In this document: in pieces, positions 63,146-64,000 of the stretch
How the letters are laid out: each line of letters starts with the position of its first letter
Numbering within the stretch: position 1 is the stretch's first letter
Source of the DNA: Podarcis muralis
Lineage: Eukaryota
DNA: 64,000 bases
Reading direction: 5' to 3'
NCBI RefSeq assembly: GCF_964188315.1
Contig: NC_135655.1
Location: 82,398,001 to 82,462,000 of the forward strand
The notes under the pieces: model-generated
The model's database searches: none
What the model was told of the DNA's origin: nothing
The model's input: the letters and a program-made list of their open reading frames with translations, nothing else
Made by a program: the position numbers and the translations under genes

Positions 63146-63398
63146 TGTCAGTGTGGTATAGTGGTTAAGAGTGGTAGACTCATAATCTGGTGAACCAGGT
63201 TCGCATGCCTGCTCCTCCACATGCAGCTGTTGGGTGACCTTGGGCTAGTCACACTTCTCTGAAGTCTCTCAGCCCCACTCCCCTCACAGAGTGTTTGTTG
63301 TGGGGGAGGAAGGGAAAGGAGAATGTTCGCCGCTTTGAGGCTCCTTCGGGTAGTGATAAAGCTGGATATCAAATCCAAACTCTTCTTCTTCTTCTTCT
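63146..63398 (+). mobile_element. Squam3-type SINE
   Basis: Collinear with 16534-16788; (CTT)n tail. Confidence 0.85.
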
Positions 63399-63524
63399 GT
63401 GTACTCAGAAGTAAGGCCATTGAATTCAGCTGGACTTATTCCCAGGTAATAGATTTAAGATGGTTCATTTGAATTTTATTACTGCTCCTCAGTTCAAGTC
63501 CTAGTCTCTTTATCAAAATGGATA

Positions 63525-63752
63525 CAGTAGAACTGCCTCAGGTTACAAACGCTTCAGGTTACAAACTCTGCTAACCTGGAAGAGTTACCTTGAGTTGAGA
63601 ACTTTGCCCCAGGATGACAACAGAAATTGTGTGCTGGCAGCGCAGCGGCAGCAAGAGGCCCCATTAGCGAAAGCATGCCTCTAGTTAAGAACAGTTTCAG
63701 GTTAAGAACAGACCTCCACAACGAATTAAGTTTGTAACTAGAGGTACCACTA
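63525..63752. mobile_element. Tigger-like Tc1/Mariner MITE
   Basis: CAGTAG...CCTCAGGTTAC ... GTAACTAGAGGTACCACT termini next to TA. Confidence 0.65.
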
Positions 63753-64000
63753 TGGAACCATCTAGATTTGACTGCCTGTTTTTGACCACTATAGATATTC
63801 GCTTTTAAATTTAAATTTGTTTCCCTGCCCCGTGACATTTTCTGGACATACATAGTACCTACTCAATGCCTGAGTGAGGGCAATTAGCATAACAACTTTA
63901 TGCTGAACTATGAGATTCTAATTCCACGTACCCAGGAGTGACCTGCACTGTTAATGTAGCAGCTCAGCCCTACCAAGTGAGCTGTTCTGGATGGCTCTGT

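Overview
Eukaryotic vertebrate DNA, almost certainly a squamate and probably a lacertid lizard (inferred from Sauria SINE, Squam2/Squam3-type SINEs, BovB and Penelope remnants). The window is part of a class II olfactory receptor (OR) cluster, most similar to the OR5/8/9 group. It holds 7 intact single-coding-exon OR genes (4697-5635 -, 19495-20430, 22886-23824, 27079-28014, 32910-33845 -, 44500-45444, 53129-54073) and 3 pseudogenes: a multi-lesion copy at 12121, a 3'-only fragment at 39538, and a copy at 58969 split by a solo LTR. About thirty transposable-element insertions, many with readable target-site duplications (TSDs), lie between them; there is one 150-N gap. Most notable: (i) a minimal type I hammerhead ribozyme fold in a Penelope-like fragment at 34959; (ii) a promoter/first-exon module repeated upstream of four ORs, one copy matching the mouse OR 13-mer AACTTTTTAATGA at 12/13; (iii) a TSD-flanked, multiply deleted chimeric L1 containing a G-skewed segment; (iv) a degenerate RT-less Copia with apparently identical LTRs; (v) an unclassified 722-bp retroposon; (vi) inverted and mosaic OR duplications. 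There is no evidence for prokaryotic systems or CRISPR. All alignments and counts were done by eye; family names come from recalled consensus features, not database searches.
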